The notes under the pieces are model-generated. The model saw only the letters and a program-made list of their open reading frames with translations. It was not told the origin of the DNA and searched no databases. This document shows positions 12,386-25,025 of a stretch of 64,000 nt of DNA, in pieces (the stretch's first letter is position 1; every line of letters starts with the position of its first letter). Both the position numbers and the translations under genes were made by a program. Origin of the DNA: Sphyrna mokarran (taxonomy: Eukaryota); NCBI GenBank assembly GCA_024679065.1, contig JAGIQG010000018.1, positions 41,106,001-41,170,000 of the forward strand, read 5' to 3'.

Positions 12386-13407
12386 AATTTGGATCTTGAA
12401 TAATATATTAGTGCACCATCATGGCAGCAGATAAATGGATATAGCCACAACAAATTTGTTTTTGCTTTTAATTGGGAAAAATAAGCACCATCCAGAAGGG
12501 CTAAAGTGAGAGTTTGATGATGAACCCTTGATCAGCCTTTTTTAAGTTTGGTTATTTCATTGAATTAATTCAACAAAAACAAAAACGTACGCAGGCAAAA
12601 TTGCATTTGCCTCTTGATAAATGGCCCCTGGTGACAGGATGGAACATAACCATTAAATTCCACTATGCTTGGTGTACCAATTTAACTTAAAATACTGACT
12701 TCTGAAGCAATAATTAAAATGAAAAGGCTACTGGAGTATGGGGCATATTCTAGTCAGCATTTTTCAGTGGGAACAATATAAAATAAGGTCATTTTTTTTA
12801 TATGTACATGCTGCTTCCCCTTCTCAGTGAAATTGGTTCTTGTGTTGTATGAATAATGCATTTTCCAAGTTTGTACAAGAAAGAAAGATTTAGTATTATG
12901 CGAAGACTGTTACCATTCGCTAACATTCCTACACAATGTGAAGCAACACAACTGCCTGGGGTACTAATTATCTGCTCTAACGACACAGCTACTACAGAAT
13001 ATGGAACACTCTCAAGACTAGGTAGGCCATCATTATAGCTTGTCTAGGTTTGAAGAAGTCTTAAACACAGACCTATGATTAGAAATACCACGCAATCATT
13101 AAAATGCCATTTTCTGCTCACAAAAAACTAAAATAAAAAGCACAATGTATGAACTTCCTTATTAGGAGTTTTCTTTTAAATTTCCTGACAGTTTCCATAA
13201 AGCATGTAGCTGAAATCTGTGCAATTAGTTGCTGGAAGGTACAAACTGGCGGAAAACAAAGAAAATTGCCAACAATAGCTCTTGCAACAGACACTTCAGT
13301 TTATAATCTTTCACATAATCCTTTCCGAAGTATATCGATTATAAGATATTGCAAAAAAATTGCTGCATTTTCCTTTTCCTTGATGTCATTATTACTTTTT
13401 AGAACAT

Positions 13408-13900
13408 AGGATGTGATTGCACCAGAAAGGGTTCAAAGGAAATTCACCAGGATGTTGCCTGGACTGGAGCATTTCAGGTGTGAAGAGAGGCTGGTTAGGC
13501 TGGAGTTGTTCTCCTTAGAGCAAAGAAGGCTGAAAAGGGACCTAATTAAAGTGCACAAAATTAAGAAGGACATAGAAATAGTAGATAGGAAGAAATGTTT
13601 CTTCTTAGTTGAGGGTTTAATAACCAGGGGACATAGATTTAAGTTAATGGGCAGAGGATTCAGAGAGAACTTGAGGGAAAAAAGTTCTTCATCCAGAGAG
13701 TGGTGGAATCAGCAACTCATTGCCCAAAAGGGTGGTAGAGGCAAGAACCCTCACAGTATTTATGAGACATTTAGATGAGCACTTGAAGCATGACAGCATA
13801 CAAGAATACTGACCAAGTACTGGAAAATGGGATTAAATATAGATATTTGATGGCTGGCACTGACACAATGTGCCTTTTTCTGTGTTGTAAAACTCTGTGA
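13408..13900 (+). mobile_element. CR1 LINE 3' fragment
   Basis: ORF 13413-13778 contains ERVQRKFTRMLPGLEHFRCEERLVRLELFSLEQRRLKRDLIKVHKI...TRGHRFKL, the typical CR1 ORF2 C-terminus. Confidence 0.92.
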
Positions 13901-14002
13901 TTTTATATATGTCTGAATTTCTGATTTGTACTATTGGGAAAGTGATATTACCCATCAGCCAACTTGGTAAATTACCTCTTACATTTCTACATGTAGCATA
14001 TT

Positions 14003-14630
14003 GGGCCCAATTTTACCATTTTCATTCTAAGTGCTGAATCTGGGCGCAGACTTGGAAATCTGCTTTCAGGTGCCCTCACTACTGTTTAGCCTGAAAAAAA
14101 AATTTGCATGTCTGAATTGCAGTGTGGGAGGGGCTTAGCATGCCCAAAATGATTGGAGCTCTGAACTGCACATGCGCAGTTAGAAAAAAAATTTGAAAAA
14201 GCACGCCCATGTCAGGTCACTCCCAGGCCGCAGAAAGCGGAGCAAAAAGCGGGAGCGATGGTCCCCACAGACATCATTGTCCTCCTTATCCACTCACTCC
14301 CACCCCTCTACCCAGACCGATTGCAACCCTCTGCCCCCTTTCCCCCACTGATCACCTGCAGAGGGGCAACAGATCCTCCTGCTCCCAGCGCCTCACCAGA
14401 GATCCATTTGACCTCCCACATCCCCCCCATCAGTGAATGATTGGGCCTGCACCCATCTCCCCCAACAGAGATGCATCTTACCTGTTTCCCTCCTCCTCCC
14501 AAAACCAGAGAACGATCTGGCCTCACTCGCCACTCTCTTCGGAGAATGATCTGACCTCATCCCCTCTGCAGAAAACAATCTGGCTTCACTTCCCACCCCC
14601 CATGAGAATGATCTGGCTTCACTCCAAACA
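14003..14630. mobile_element. Partial GC-rich non-autonomous DNA transposon with an internal degenerate minisatellite
   Basis: Begins GGGCCCAATTTTACC (same terminal pattern as the MITEs). Four copies of GA(G/A)AAY(G/A)ATCTGRCYTCA at about 30-bp spacing lie at 14507-14625. Confidence 0.5.
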
Positions 14631-15412
14631 GTCAAATAGCCTCCTCCAGCTCCTATCTTCTATGTTTCTATGAATCTTAGTAGTCACATGATCTGATAAA
14701 GGCCAGGAAAGAGAAAGAAGCGATGTAATAAAAGGAGTAAAGAGTATAGATGGTCCAATATTCAACAAACTCTAGATTTTGGTAGCATGCAATGTACTTG
14801 CAAATATGGATTCTAAGCTAGCTTCGAATGCAAAGAATAGCGCTGTAAAGCAAAACAAGATATTTCTGCTTTGTTTGCATCCAGTGACAGTATCAAATGC
14901 TCCAAGATCATGTATTGCATGGGAAGGCAGTTCAACCAACAGGGTGCCAAACACAGTAACAGATGCATACAACCCACTATGCCAACATGCCATTGCTTCA
15001 ACTGCCAATTCTTCTGAATTTCTGAGTGAGACTGCCAAGTTAATGCACACCTTGCCAAGTTTAAAGACAGCTTTACGCTTGTTGCTCATGCCACATGGGA
15101 ACTGGATCAAGACCTACCAAATATTTCACTCACGGTTACCACAAGGACAAAATTACAACTCTTTCAGTCTGACAGGAGCTTGAATACAGATGGTATAGAC
15201 TAGTCTACCTTGATCCCTTTACTTAACTAAAATTAAAATATACTTATCCATGAAAAAGTACCCTTTCAGTTGATGTTTTATTTTGTGTTACATTGACTAA
15301 ATGAATACCTCTTTGATGTCTCAGATTTCCCCAGGTTACTATAAGTCCAGAATGTGCATTTTGTAGTGCGTTCCTTATGCAAAAACTAAAGCCTGAGAAT
15401 ATGGAAGTTACT

Positions 15413-15720
15413 GGGTGCAATTCTGAGTCCGCACTCTCCGTGGGAATGGTGGCATGCTCTCAAAATCTGGAAAGCACGATTTGCACTGATGAGTTTCCAA
15501 GTTCCGATTTTCTCGGTCCCTTGCTGGTGGAGTGGCGTGAAACATGCCTCAGGGTAGCAGAAAGCTCGTTTTAATACATTAGCATTTCATTAGTGAGCAT
15601 TCTCTCTGGGACTCCTCCACCCACCAGATATTCAGTGGGCACTGGTGTGATATCATGCTAGCGCCAATTACAACAGATCTACATAAGTGTGGACCAGGCA
15701 CCCTCACCTTCGAGGTAATG
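15413..15720 (+). mobile_element. Left end of a Harbinger-like element, homologous to 37801-38110
   Basis: GGGTGCAATTCTGAGTCCGCACTCT...GTGGGAATGGTG...AGAAAGCTCGTTTTAATACATTAGCAT aligns by eye with 37801 onward over about 300 bp. Confidence 0.7.
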
Positions 15721-15794
15721 TCTATGTTCACATATCTTCAGTTGAGGTCATGATGGGACACACTGGCGAGACCACCCCCTCCCCAATCTGGATG

Positions 15795-15975
15795 CAATCA
15801 TCTAAATTGATCTTTCTCTTCACTCTAGCAATGACTGTAACATTACATTCTGCACTCTCTCCTTTCCTTCTCTATGAAAGGTATGTTTTGTCTATATAGA
15901 GTGCAAGAAACAATACTTTTCACTGTATAACTAATATATGTGACAATAGTAAATCAAATCAAAAATCAAATCAAA
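15795..15975 (+). mobile_element. LINE 3' tail ending in (AATCA)n (L2 or Rex1/Babar-like)
   Basis: ...CAATACTTTTCACTGTATA...ATGTGACAATAGTAAATCAAATCAAAAATCAAATCAAA. Confidence 0.55.
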
Positions 15976-17929
15976 AATAATGGTCACATGCAGTCACTTG
16001 ACTGAGTTCTAACATCACACCTCGTTTCTTTTTGAGAGAGAGCTTTTGGGGGCTAAGCCAAAGAAAATCACTCATCTTCTTCCGACAATGCTGCTCCATC
16101 CTCTTCTGGAGCATGCTTGCACCAACCAGGGCTGATGCTACATTTCAGGTGGGAGTGGTAGTTTCCAGAGCATTGGTGCCATACTTATGGGTGTTCCCAT
16201 AAAAGTAAATAACTTTTAGGAAATTTTAACATACGAGAATTTTTGGGGAAGGTAGAAATAAACCAAAGAGATTGGCATATGTGGATATAAGCTATAATTT
16301 TAACTTAAGTCTATTTGTTTTGTTTAATTTGTTCCATATACAAAATTTGTCTTTTGTTTAAAGAAAATGTGAAATCTTGTAGCATAGATCTATCGATCAA
16401 AGCAAGGTGTTTGGATTTATCTTTAAATGTTGCTGATTCCTTATCAGATCGTAGCAGTTCTGAATCATCTCTTCTGCTCCCATCAAATGAGTGATATTCC
16501 CACTCGTTGTCCACGTGCCCACTTTTCAACAGAAGATACTAAATAGCAATCAAAAGCTGGAACTCTGACCCAAAGTTTGCACACATTGCCTAGAGGTGCT
16601 ATTAATCATTATGAAGCTGTTCCTGTGGAGATAAACTGACTGGCACAAATAGAACTTTGAACTTTCATTATCCATAAGACTTGGCCAGTTTGCTCCAATT
16701 GTCTTGGCTTATCACATTTTGACAGTGCTGTTGATGGGTTAATTTTCTCCATGGTACTGAAAACTGTATAGCAGTTGCATAATCACATATTTACCACGTT
16801 GAAAATTAACAAGTTTTGTTTCTGATTAATTTGGTCAGGAAGTGGCACAAGTAACTCTGCATCTGTACAAATTATACAGATATTTAAAATTGCTGTCAAA
16901 ACTCCTCACATACCAGGTTTGATCCCCAGACTTTGCTAATCTCAGCCAGAGTTATTTTGTGTGTGAGCGTGTGTGTGTGTGTATTGAGCCGGAAGGAAAA
17001 GGAGACACCCACAATCTAACTTAAAATAAAGGTCGGAACAGCACAGAGCTATGAAGGTTATCACATTCCAACAAATGCTTGTTTGAAGATTTTAATGGAA
17101 GTGTCACTCATTTGCATGCCATCTGATTCTGTTTGAAGTAGTCAGGATTTCCTAAGATAATAAAAAATATCACAAGAGTCTGCCATAAAAGTTTTTATAA
17201 AAAAAATCGCCATCAAATTGCTGAGTTCGGAGGGCCAGGAAAACAATGATGAAGAAATGCAATTGAAAATTAGCCTATGTGTGAATATCTATTGCCTATG
17301 GGGAGAAGGAAGGGAAAGAAACAAGTTGCAGTTACATGAGTAAAACAGTGTACAACATGGGCTTCATAATTCCAATTAAATTCTAATGAAAAAACATTTG
17401 TGCATTATTTCTGTCACTGGCTACAAGAGAATTTTAATAAAATTATGCACTGTTAGTTATGATGTAATATATGCTTACTGGTACATGGCTGCATCATTTT
17501 TCTCAAATAGTAAAATCCATTTTCCAGTCCAACACTATAAACTTTGCAAAACATCGAACACTTCTTTTTAGTGGCATTTTTATAAACCAATGGAGCTCTC
17601 TTACCTCAATTGACCACAGTAAATTAGATGACAGGCCAATTCAGAAGACAAATACCATTCAAAGTATTATTTATTCTAGGTATGAGTCAAAACATAGGAA
17701 CTAGAGTAGATCATTTAACACCTCCAACCTATTGTAGCATTCAGCTGATCTGTGACTAGTTCCATAACCTCATCATTTCCTCATACCCCTCAAAACCTTT
17801 ATCAATCTCAGATTTAAACTTAATAATTGATCCAGCATTTATTGTTATCAGAGGACTAGAATTCCAAACTTCTAACAATCTTGCCTGCAGGAGTGTTTTG
17901 CCTGAATGGGTTTTTCCTAATATTTCAAC

Positions 17930-18815
17930 TATCATAAGCTCATAAGATATATGAGCAGAATTAGGCTATTTGGCCCATCAAGTCTGCTCTACTATTTGAT
18001 CATGGCTGACGTGCTACTCATCCCCATTTTTCTGCCTTCTCCCCTTAACCCTTCAATCTATTACTAATTAAAAATCTGTCTAACTCCTTAAACTTAGTCA
18101 CTATCCCAGCATCCACTGCACTTTAAGGAAGCAGATTCCACAGATTTGCAACCCTTGGGGAGAGGTAGTTTCTCTCCAATTCTGTTTTAAGACTAAGACT
18201 ATGATCTCTCGTCCTAGAATGCTCCACAAGAGGAAGCATCTGCTCCATGTCTACTTTATCCAGAACTTTTATCATCTTGTATGCCTCAATTTAATCTCCC
18301 CTCTTTCTTCTAAATTCCAGAGAGGACTGGCCTAAACTGTTCAATCTCTCTTCATATGACAAACCCCTCATTTCTGGAATCAATCCAGTGAACCTCCTCT
18401 GAACTGCCTCTGAATACCACTACATCTTTCCTCAAATAAAGAAACCAAAATTGTGCATAATTCTCCAGGTGGAGCCTCATCAATGCCTTGTATATTTCCA
18501 ACAATACTTCCTTACCTTTATATTTGATTCCTTTAGCTATAAATGACAACAATCCATTCACTTTCTTTATTATCTGTTGTACCTGCGTGCTCGTTTTTTG
18601 TGACTCATGAATGAGGACATCCAGATCTCTCTGCACTGCAGCACCCTGAATTCTTTCCCCATTTTGATAATAAGTTGCCTTTCCATTTTTTTGATCAAAA
18701 TGTATGATTTCACACTTACTTACATTAAACTCTATCTATCACATTATGGCCCACTCTCTTAACTGATCTGTATCCATTTGTAAAGTTCTTATTTCCTCAT
18801 TGCAACTTACTATGC
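17930..18815 (-). mobile_element. CR1 LINE 3' fragment
   Basis: ORF 18352-18636 contains QRDLDVLIHESQKTSTQVQQIIKKVNGLLSFIAKGIKYKGKEVLLEIYKALMRLHLENYAQFW. The 3' tail is at about 17930-18000. Confidence 0.92.
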
Positions 18816-21800
18816 CCCCAAGTCTTTAGCTGCCAAACTTGGAAATATTTTCTATCTACCTTTCTTGAAAATTTTAATCAAGTCACATATTAACTTCTTA
18901 AATTCTAGATAATGCAAGTTACTAATTTAACCTTCAAAGTCTTGGAGCCCAGTTTACTGTGTGAGGTTGGGAATCGGGAGTTGGGGCTGAATGTGAATTC
19001 TGTTCCCGCCACCAACCTCTAGACTGCTGAGGAATGTGATATTGTGCTCCCTGACTCAAGGCTGTCCACAATTGGCCTCAAGATGGATCTGCTGCCCACT
19101 TTGACAGATTGAAGATTGGAAATGGAGTTGGGCCAAATTTTGTGCAGACAGCTGTAAAAGGTCTGATTTCAGTCCTTTCCGTTCACAGACATTTGGAATT
19201 TCCAAAGTTTCTCCAAGATATGTTAACATTTGAATGTATTTCCCACCCTCCCCCTCATCCTTCAAATTCTCAAACCCTATTTCCTAATCCCACTCATCCC
19301 TTCATCCTCTCTCCCAACTCCTCACCAACCAATCCTATTATCCTCCTCACCCCCATATTCAGCCATTCCCCCATTGCCCACCCTACATCCTCCCAGCTCC
19401 ATATATAACATATGAATTCACAAGCCCTACTGTAAAAATGGTATTGCTTCCAAGAGCCCAAAAATCATCCAAATAAACAACTGAACTACTAAACCAACTA
19501 CATGCCTAAACTGAAAACATAGAAGTAATCAACGGTGATTTAAAAATGACCTTTTAAAATGCTTTCTAGGTAAGTAAGTCGGAACTGTCTGAACTTTCTA
19601 ACTCAAACTCAGAACTTGACCTTTGGAGGGTTTCGGGGGCAGGGAAATTGTCCATTGCAAAGTCAAACTTTTTGGTCAATTCTCATGGAGTCACTGCTTT
19701 GAGACTTACATGAGGTCCTGTACAGCAGCTTTTAAAGTATATCTAGTCACTGACCATCCAGAAATTGGAGGATTAGGGCCACTGAGGTTGCAATATCATC
19801 AAAATCAGACACACGGCCATTTTAAACCTCCTTCAATTGTGATATTAATAGCTTTTTGAAGGCATCAACTCCTGTCCCAGACTTTTGAGAAAAGCTTAGG
19901 TATTTGTGAATGTGTAGTTGGGTATTCAAAAACACAAAATATGACAAGCAAATTTATTCATGTTATTATGAATTAAGATATTTTTAATGTTTTTATGTTA
20001 AACGTTTTATTTTGACGGCTGGATATTTGAATTTGGGAGGAAAATATATAGCAGATCATGATGATTTTAGAAAAATTAAATGATTTTCATTGCCTAATTT
20101 CTGATTTTTATTAGATATTGATTACTTCTCACATTTGATCCATTTCTAATTTGTTGCTCTTATCCACAATAAAGAAATTTCAACCCAGCAGCTCTAAAAA
20201 ATTTCTACATAATTCATCTTTACCACATATGGTGTGTGGGTGCACAAAATGTGATAAAATTTAATGTCCCACCATTCCTTCTTCAGAGACTGAGTTTGGG
20301 GAATGGGTGGAGGGCAGGTGGTTGGTCAGGCAGGGAAGTGAAGATCCTGCCACCTTCCAGCCTCGTTCTGAATTAGTTCAGGGCTAGAAAGCTCAAGATT
20401 GTCTTCAACCTGGAAGTGCAACTGGTATTTAACCAGTGCTACAGCATGTGGACAATCCGTCAGGTAAAGCCTGGCACCTCTACCTGGTGGAATACCTGCT
20501 AGCAGGACAGAGGGACCTAGAATAGAAGGCCCACCATTGACCAGGTAGATGCCTGATTAGTATTGTATTCCATCAAGTCTCCTGGAAATGGCCTAATCTA
20601 GGTTGCTACCAATTTCCCAGCTGGTGGACAGGACACCAAAGAGATCATTAAATTGTGCCTACTATTTGTAAATATTTTGACATTTATCTGTCTAGAATAT
20701 TTGGTGCAGTATACCATTCATATATATGAAGGCATTATGAGCAAACTTTAAAATTTTGTTCTTAATATGTCAGCTAGCAACTTGGAATATATTAGCAAGT
20801 TAAATTTTGTGTCAGGACATATATAGAACAAAGAACAGTACAGCACAGAAACAGGCCGTACGGCCACCAAATTTGCGTCAATCACATTGTCCTTTCAGAC
20901 CAACCATCTGTATCCCTCTATTCCCCGTCTGTTCATCTGTCTATCCAGATAAGTCTTAAATATGTTGTATTCTTGTTTAGTTAAGTGGCTTAAATCTTGT
21001 TATCTAACTGCACCAAACAACAGACTGACAAAACCTTTAGGCATTACATGCATTTAATTTTTAATGCAGGTAACATCTAAATTTTCTTTTCTTCAGGAGG
21101 CTTTTGTTGCACTAATGTTCTCCATTTCTGATCCATAACGACTCAGCTAACTGCTTTCAGAATTGTGTCATGTTGCGCTAAAACCAAAAAATATCCCAGA
21201 AAGAATTTAGGTTTTCAACAAGCTGTAGTTCTTTTGAAGAACTTATCACTGAAGATGCTTTGAGTTATACCTCAAGGTTTATAATGAAGCTTGCTAAGAA
21301 AACTGGAATTTCAATTGGGCATCATGATTAAAATAATCTGGTATATGCACCATGGAAGGACAAAGAGTGTTTCTGCCATGGAAAAATCACCACTTTATAA
21401 ATGTAACACAATATTCCAGTCATTCCATTATGCAGGTCACTTATCAGCACTTCTGGCTTTCTTGGTGGACTTGGTAACAAAATATTAGATATTCCCAATT
21501 TATATTTGGTTGGTTGAATCTTCTATTTAAAGAACCTTCCTGTTTAAGTGTGCTTTTTTTCAAAATCATATTATCATCCTGAAGGAAACTCTTTCTGTTT
21601 TCTTTCTTAGCCTGATTTGATAGCCTGCGGCATATTCCAAAAACCTGCATATAAAATCACAGCTATTTCAACTAACATTTCTCTATTTACATGGTTCTCC
21701 GCTTTTCAAGTGTCTGTGATATTGGGCTACATCATCATCTTTTCTCTTCTCTCAAACACTATGTATACGCTGCACAAAAAGAGGCCTTTCGTTATCAGCA

Positions 21801-21926
21801 GGTTTTTGCATTCCCGATAACCATAAGAGCCAACCAGCACCCTTTCTGCTCCCAGCTTTCATGTATATACAATTTATTATATATATGTCTCCTATTGTTA
21901 CCTCATTGTCAACCTGCTCAAGATAC

Positions 21927-22207
21927 GGCGGCATGGTGGCAGTGATTAGCACTGCTGCCTTAAGCGCCAGGGACTGTGTTCAATTCCTGGCCTGGGTCAC
22001 TATCTGTGTGGAGCCTGCATGTTCTCCCTGTGTCTGTGTGGGTTTTCTCCAGGTGCTCAAGTTTCCTCTCTCAATCTGAAAGACATGCTGGTCAGGTGAA
22101 CTGACTCAAACAGATGCCAGACTGTGGCGACTAGGGGAATTTCACAGTAATTTCATCACAGTGTTAATGTAAGTTTTACTTGTGACTAATAAATTAACTT
22201 TTAACTT
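21927..22207 (+). mobile_element. tRNA-derived SINE, alternative tail, internal deletion
   Basis: GGCGGCATGGTGGCAGTGATTAGCACTGCTGCC head; tail TGTGGCGACTAGGGGAATTTCACAGTAA...TAATAAATTAACTTT. Confidence 0.85.
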
Positions 22208-22272
22208 ATATCTAATTGATGGATGCAAAGAATGGACTTCAGTTTTTCAGGACAGCAATCCTGTAAACAAAT

Positions 22273-22407
22273 GGGCTACAATTTCCAGCCATTCATGCCC
22301 CACTCCAGCTGTAAGCGAGGACAAAGAATTTGGCACTCAACCAAATCTTCGTTCACTGCAGTGGGACCTAAAAATCCTGTAGGTGTGAATGGCCAGAAAG
22401 ATATGCC
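22273..22407. mobile_element. MITE copy, same family as 10509-10641
   Basis: Internal GAATTTGGCACTCAACCAAATCTTCGTTCACTGCAGTGGGAC with degenerate TIRs. Confidence 0.65.
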
Positions 22408-23431
22408 AAAATCTACAATTTTCAAAATTAAAAATAAAAATATAAAAATGCTACTAATGGTAGTCTCTGAGACTACCCAAAAAATCTGTATATTTACTCA
22501 TATCTTTTCAACAATATCATTGTGTCATTTTACAGATTCACAAAGGGAGATAGAATTTTAATAATGCCCATTGGATTTCTGATTTTGTAAAGCACACTCA
22601 AGTAACGGAGAGATAATGATTGTGTTTTGTATGTAGCAATACATAAGTCATTTGGAAAAATACAAATATTCAAAATGTGCTCCAGCAGAGCAAAGAAGCC
22701 ATGCATTGAATGCAGTGTGTATATTAAAATCGTTATTGAACAACCAAGCTATTGAGGATTTCTCACTTGTCAAATTCAGGGCAAGATATTGTATTTGCTT
22801 TGCCACTTGAGAGAGAAGATTTAAATATGACTTTCAACTGTTTGAGCATCCTGATAGCAAAGGAGCAACTGGAGGTTAGAGTTCCCTGACCATATTTGCA
22901 GTGGAACAAGGAAGAACTCGGTGACCCTCAGAATCAGCAATTAATAATGAGTTTCTACAGCTCGTTACTGATGACAGTATTGGGTCCACTGCAGGCAGGT
23001 GGGGAACCTTGAATGATCTGTCCAACCCCCATTATGCATCGGAACCCCAAATGCTTCACCACATTGTACCTTAAAATTTTCTATCAATATGCGAGTAAAG
23101 AAGAACATGATAAAATTCTTCTTACTGGCAGAATACACATTCAGATCACACATTGCCAGTGAGTGAAAGTCACCTTTTTTTTGCCAGATGTCAGCATCCT
23201 GCATGCAGTTAGTTCAGGGAAGTCTCTGTAGGGGATCGTTATAGAGGAATTCAGCAGTTTGATCAGATAGATCACAAGTAGTGCGGGCAAGAGAAATGGA
23301 AAAAAATCATATTGTTGCATTGGTGAGTGCTCTTCTGGGGTTGGTGTGAAGACACATAGGTCAGACAGAAGGAATGGAGCTATATGACAGCTCTGACCTA
23401 TTCTACAGTTAACATGGCTTGACTGGATTGG

Positions 23432-23570
23432 TGTAGAGATGCCGGCGTTGGACTGGGGTAAACACAGTGAGAAGTCTAACAACACCAGGTTTAAATACAA
23501 CCGATTTATTTGAGTTTACTATCAAATAAATCGGTTGGATTTAAACCTGGTGTTGTCAGACTTCTTACTG
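23432..23570. mobile_element. Short Penelope-like insertion with an inverted duplication and a 10-bp target-site duplication
   Basis: GTAGAGATGCCGGCGTTGGACTGGGGTAAA end is shared with 63723. Inverted arms at 23465-23513 and 23522-23570. ACTGGATTGG occurs at 23422-23431 and 23567-23576. Confidence 0.75.
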
Positions 23571-24754
23571 GATTGGCACAGATCAAAACAAAAAAAATCC
23601 CCCATTTTGTCAAGTGCATGTTATTTTTAGATCTGTGCTTCCGTTAGCAGATACAACTGAACATTTTAACTAAACAAAGCATATTTTAAGTCATTGAGTA
23701 AATGTACCCTGAAGATATACTTTTGATCAAATGGTTAGCCTCAGGAAAGTTTAAAGCCATTTAATGCTTTCTCAAATTATATGGAACTTGGTACTGTTTT
23801 GACCAATAGCCTTCACAACATAGTTATGTTTTAAACTGTCTCTTTTAATTTAAGTAAAACAAAATGCCTGGAATGGGCTGGGTGTGAAATTAGACTGAAC
23901 TCTTCCAAGTGCAAGCCTACATAATCAGGTTGCCAAGGGGATAGGGGGCACTGGTCGAGCCCCATTGAGAATCAGGTGTGAGCTTTAATATCTGAACACA
24001 AAGCAGACACAGCTGTTCAGGAAGCTTGCAGACTCACAGGAGCGAATTTATTAAGTGGCTTGTCGGCCCCATTGCGACCTGACACATATAATTCAAATTA
24101 AAATTTAAAAGCACCTGCAGTGGGCACGGGAGACATGTGCAATTATGTGATGGGGCAGGTATCTTTTGCTGGATCCGACAATTCAGGTGACAATGCAGAA
24201 GACACAGATGGGCTATAATAAGTCTCTTGGACAAATAGAACATCACGCTAGAACTTTCCCATCCACCTCCATTCTATGAGCCGTTTGTTTTATTTCTTGT
24301 TGCAATACATCATTACATCATCCCCCTCAAATTACTCCCCGCCACTCCCCTTCTCCCCCATCACATCCAAGCCCCTTTAACTGCACATATGTCCAAGCCT
24401 TGACAGAGATTAGCCCCACAGTTTAGCGATGCCTTCCTATGGATTCCCCTCCAAGCTGTCAGGGAGTGGCAATAGGTTTTCTTTCCATAGATGGGAACTG
24501 AAGACCCTCACATCTGGCCAAGCTGGCTTGCCTGGAAATTGCAGAGGCGGTGAGCAAAAGGGATCCACCAAAAATCCCAAGTCTAGTGCGGGAAAAGGGT
24601 CAACAAAGTGCTTTGATCCACCAAGGTAAGTAGCACAGCTGCTTGTTTCCAAAGAGTTTGTCATCAAGTAATGTATCTCTGCAAGTGGGCAGGCAAGCCA
24701 GGTGGGTGAATGCATGATTAGCTTCTTACCTTTCGACAATTGAGGCAAAACAAA

Positions 24755-25025
24755 TGAGAGGACACAGGTTTAAAGTGATTTGCAAAAGAAGCCAATGTGA
24801 GAAAAAACAAGTGGTTTGCATATATAATGCAGTGCCTCGCAGAGTAATGGAGGCAGATTCAATTGAGGCATTTAAGAGGCCATTAGATAATTACTTAAAT
24901 AGAAACAATGCGCAGGGGTACAGAGAAAGGCAGGGGAATAGCACCAAGCCATGATGCTTGTTTGGAGAGTCAGTGTAGACATATTGGGCCAAATGGTCTC
25001 CTTCTGCAACGTAACCATTCTGTGC
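24755..25025 (+). mobile_element. CR1 LINE 3' end
   Basis: RGHRFKVICKR...VMEADSIEAFKRPLDNYLN followed by the GGGCCAAATGGTCTCCTTCTGC tail. Confidence 0.85.

Noticed and set aside
14507-14625. Four spaced repeats with variable spacers, superficially CRISPR-like
   Set aside because: The units are short and degenerate, the spacers are C-rich low-complexity sequence, the context is a vertebrate TE and there are no cas genes. It is a minisatellite.
14772-15183. Overlapping ORFs of 134 aa (+) and 112 aa (-) in sequence I could not assign to a repeat
   Set aside because: No recognisable domain, non-ATG starts, no clear splice context, and lengths within chance expectation for six frames over 64 kb.
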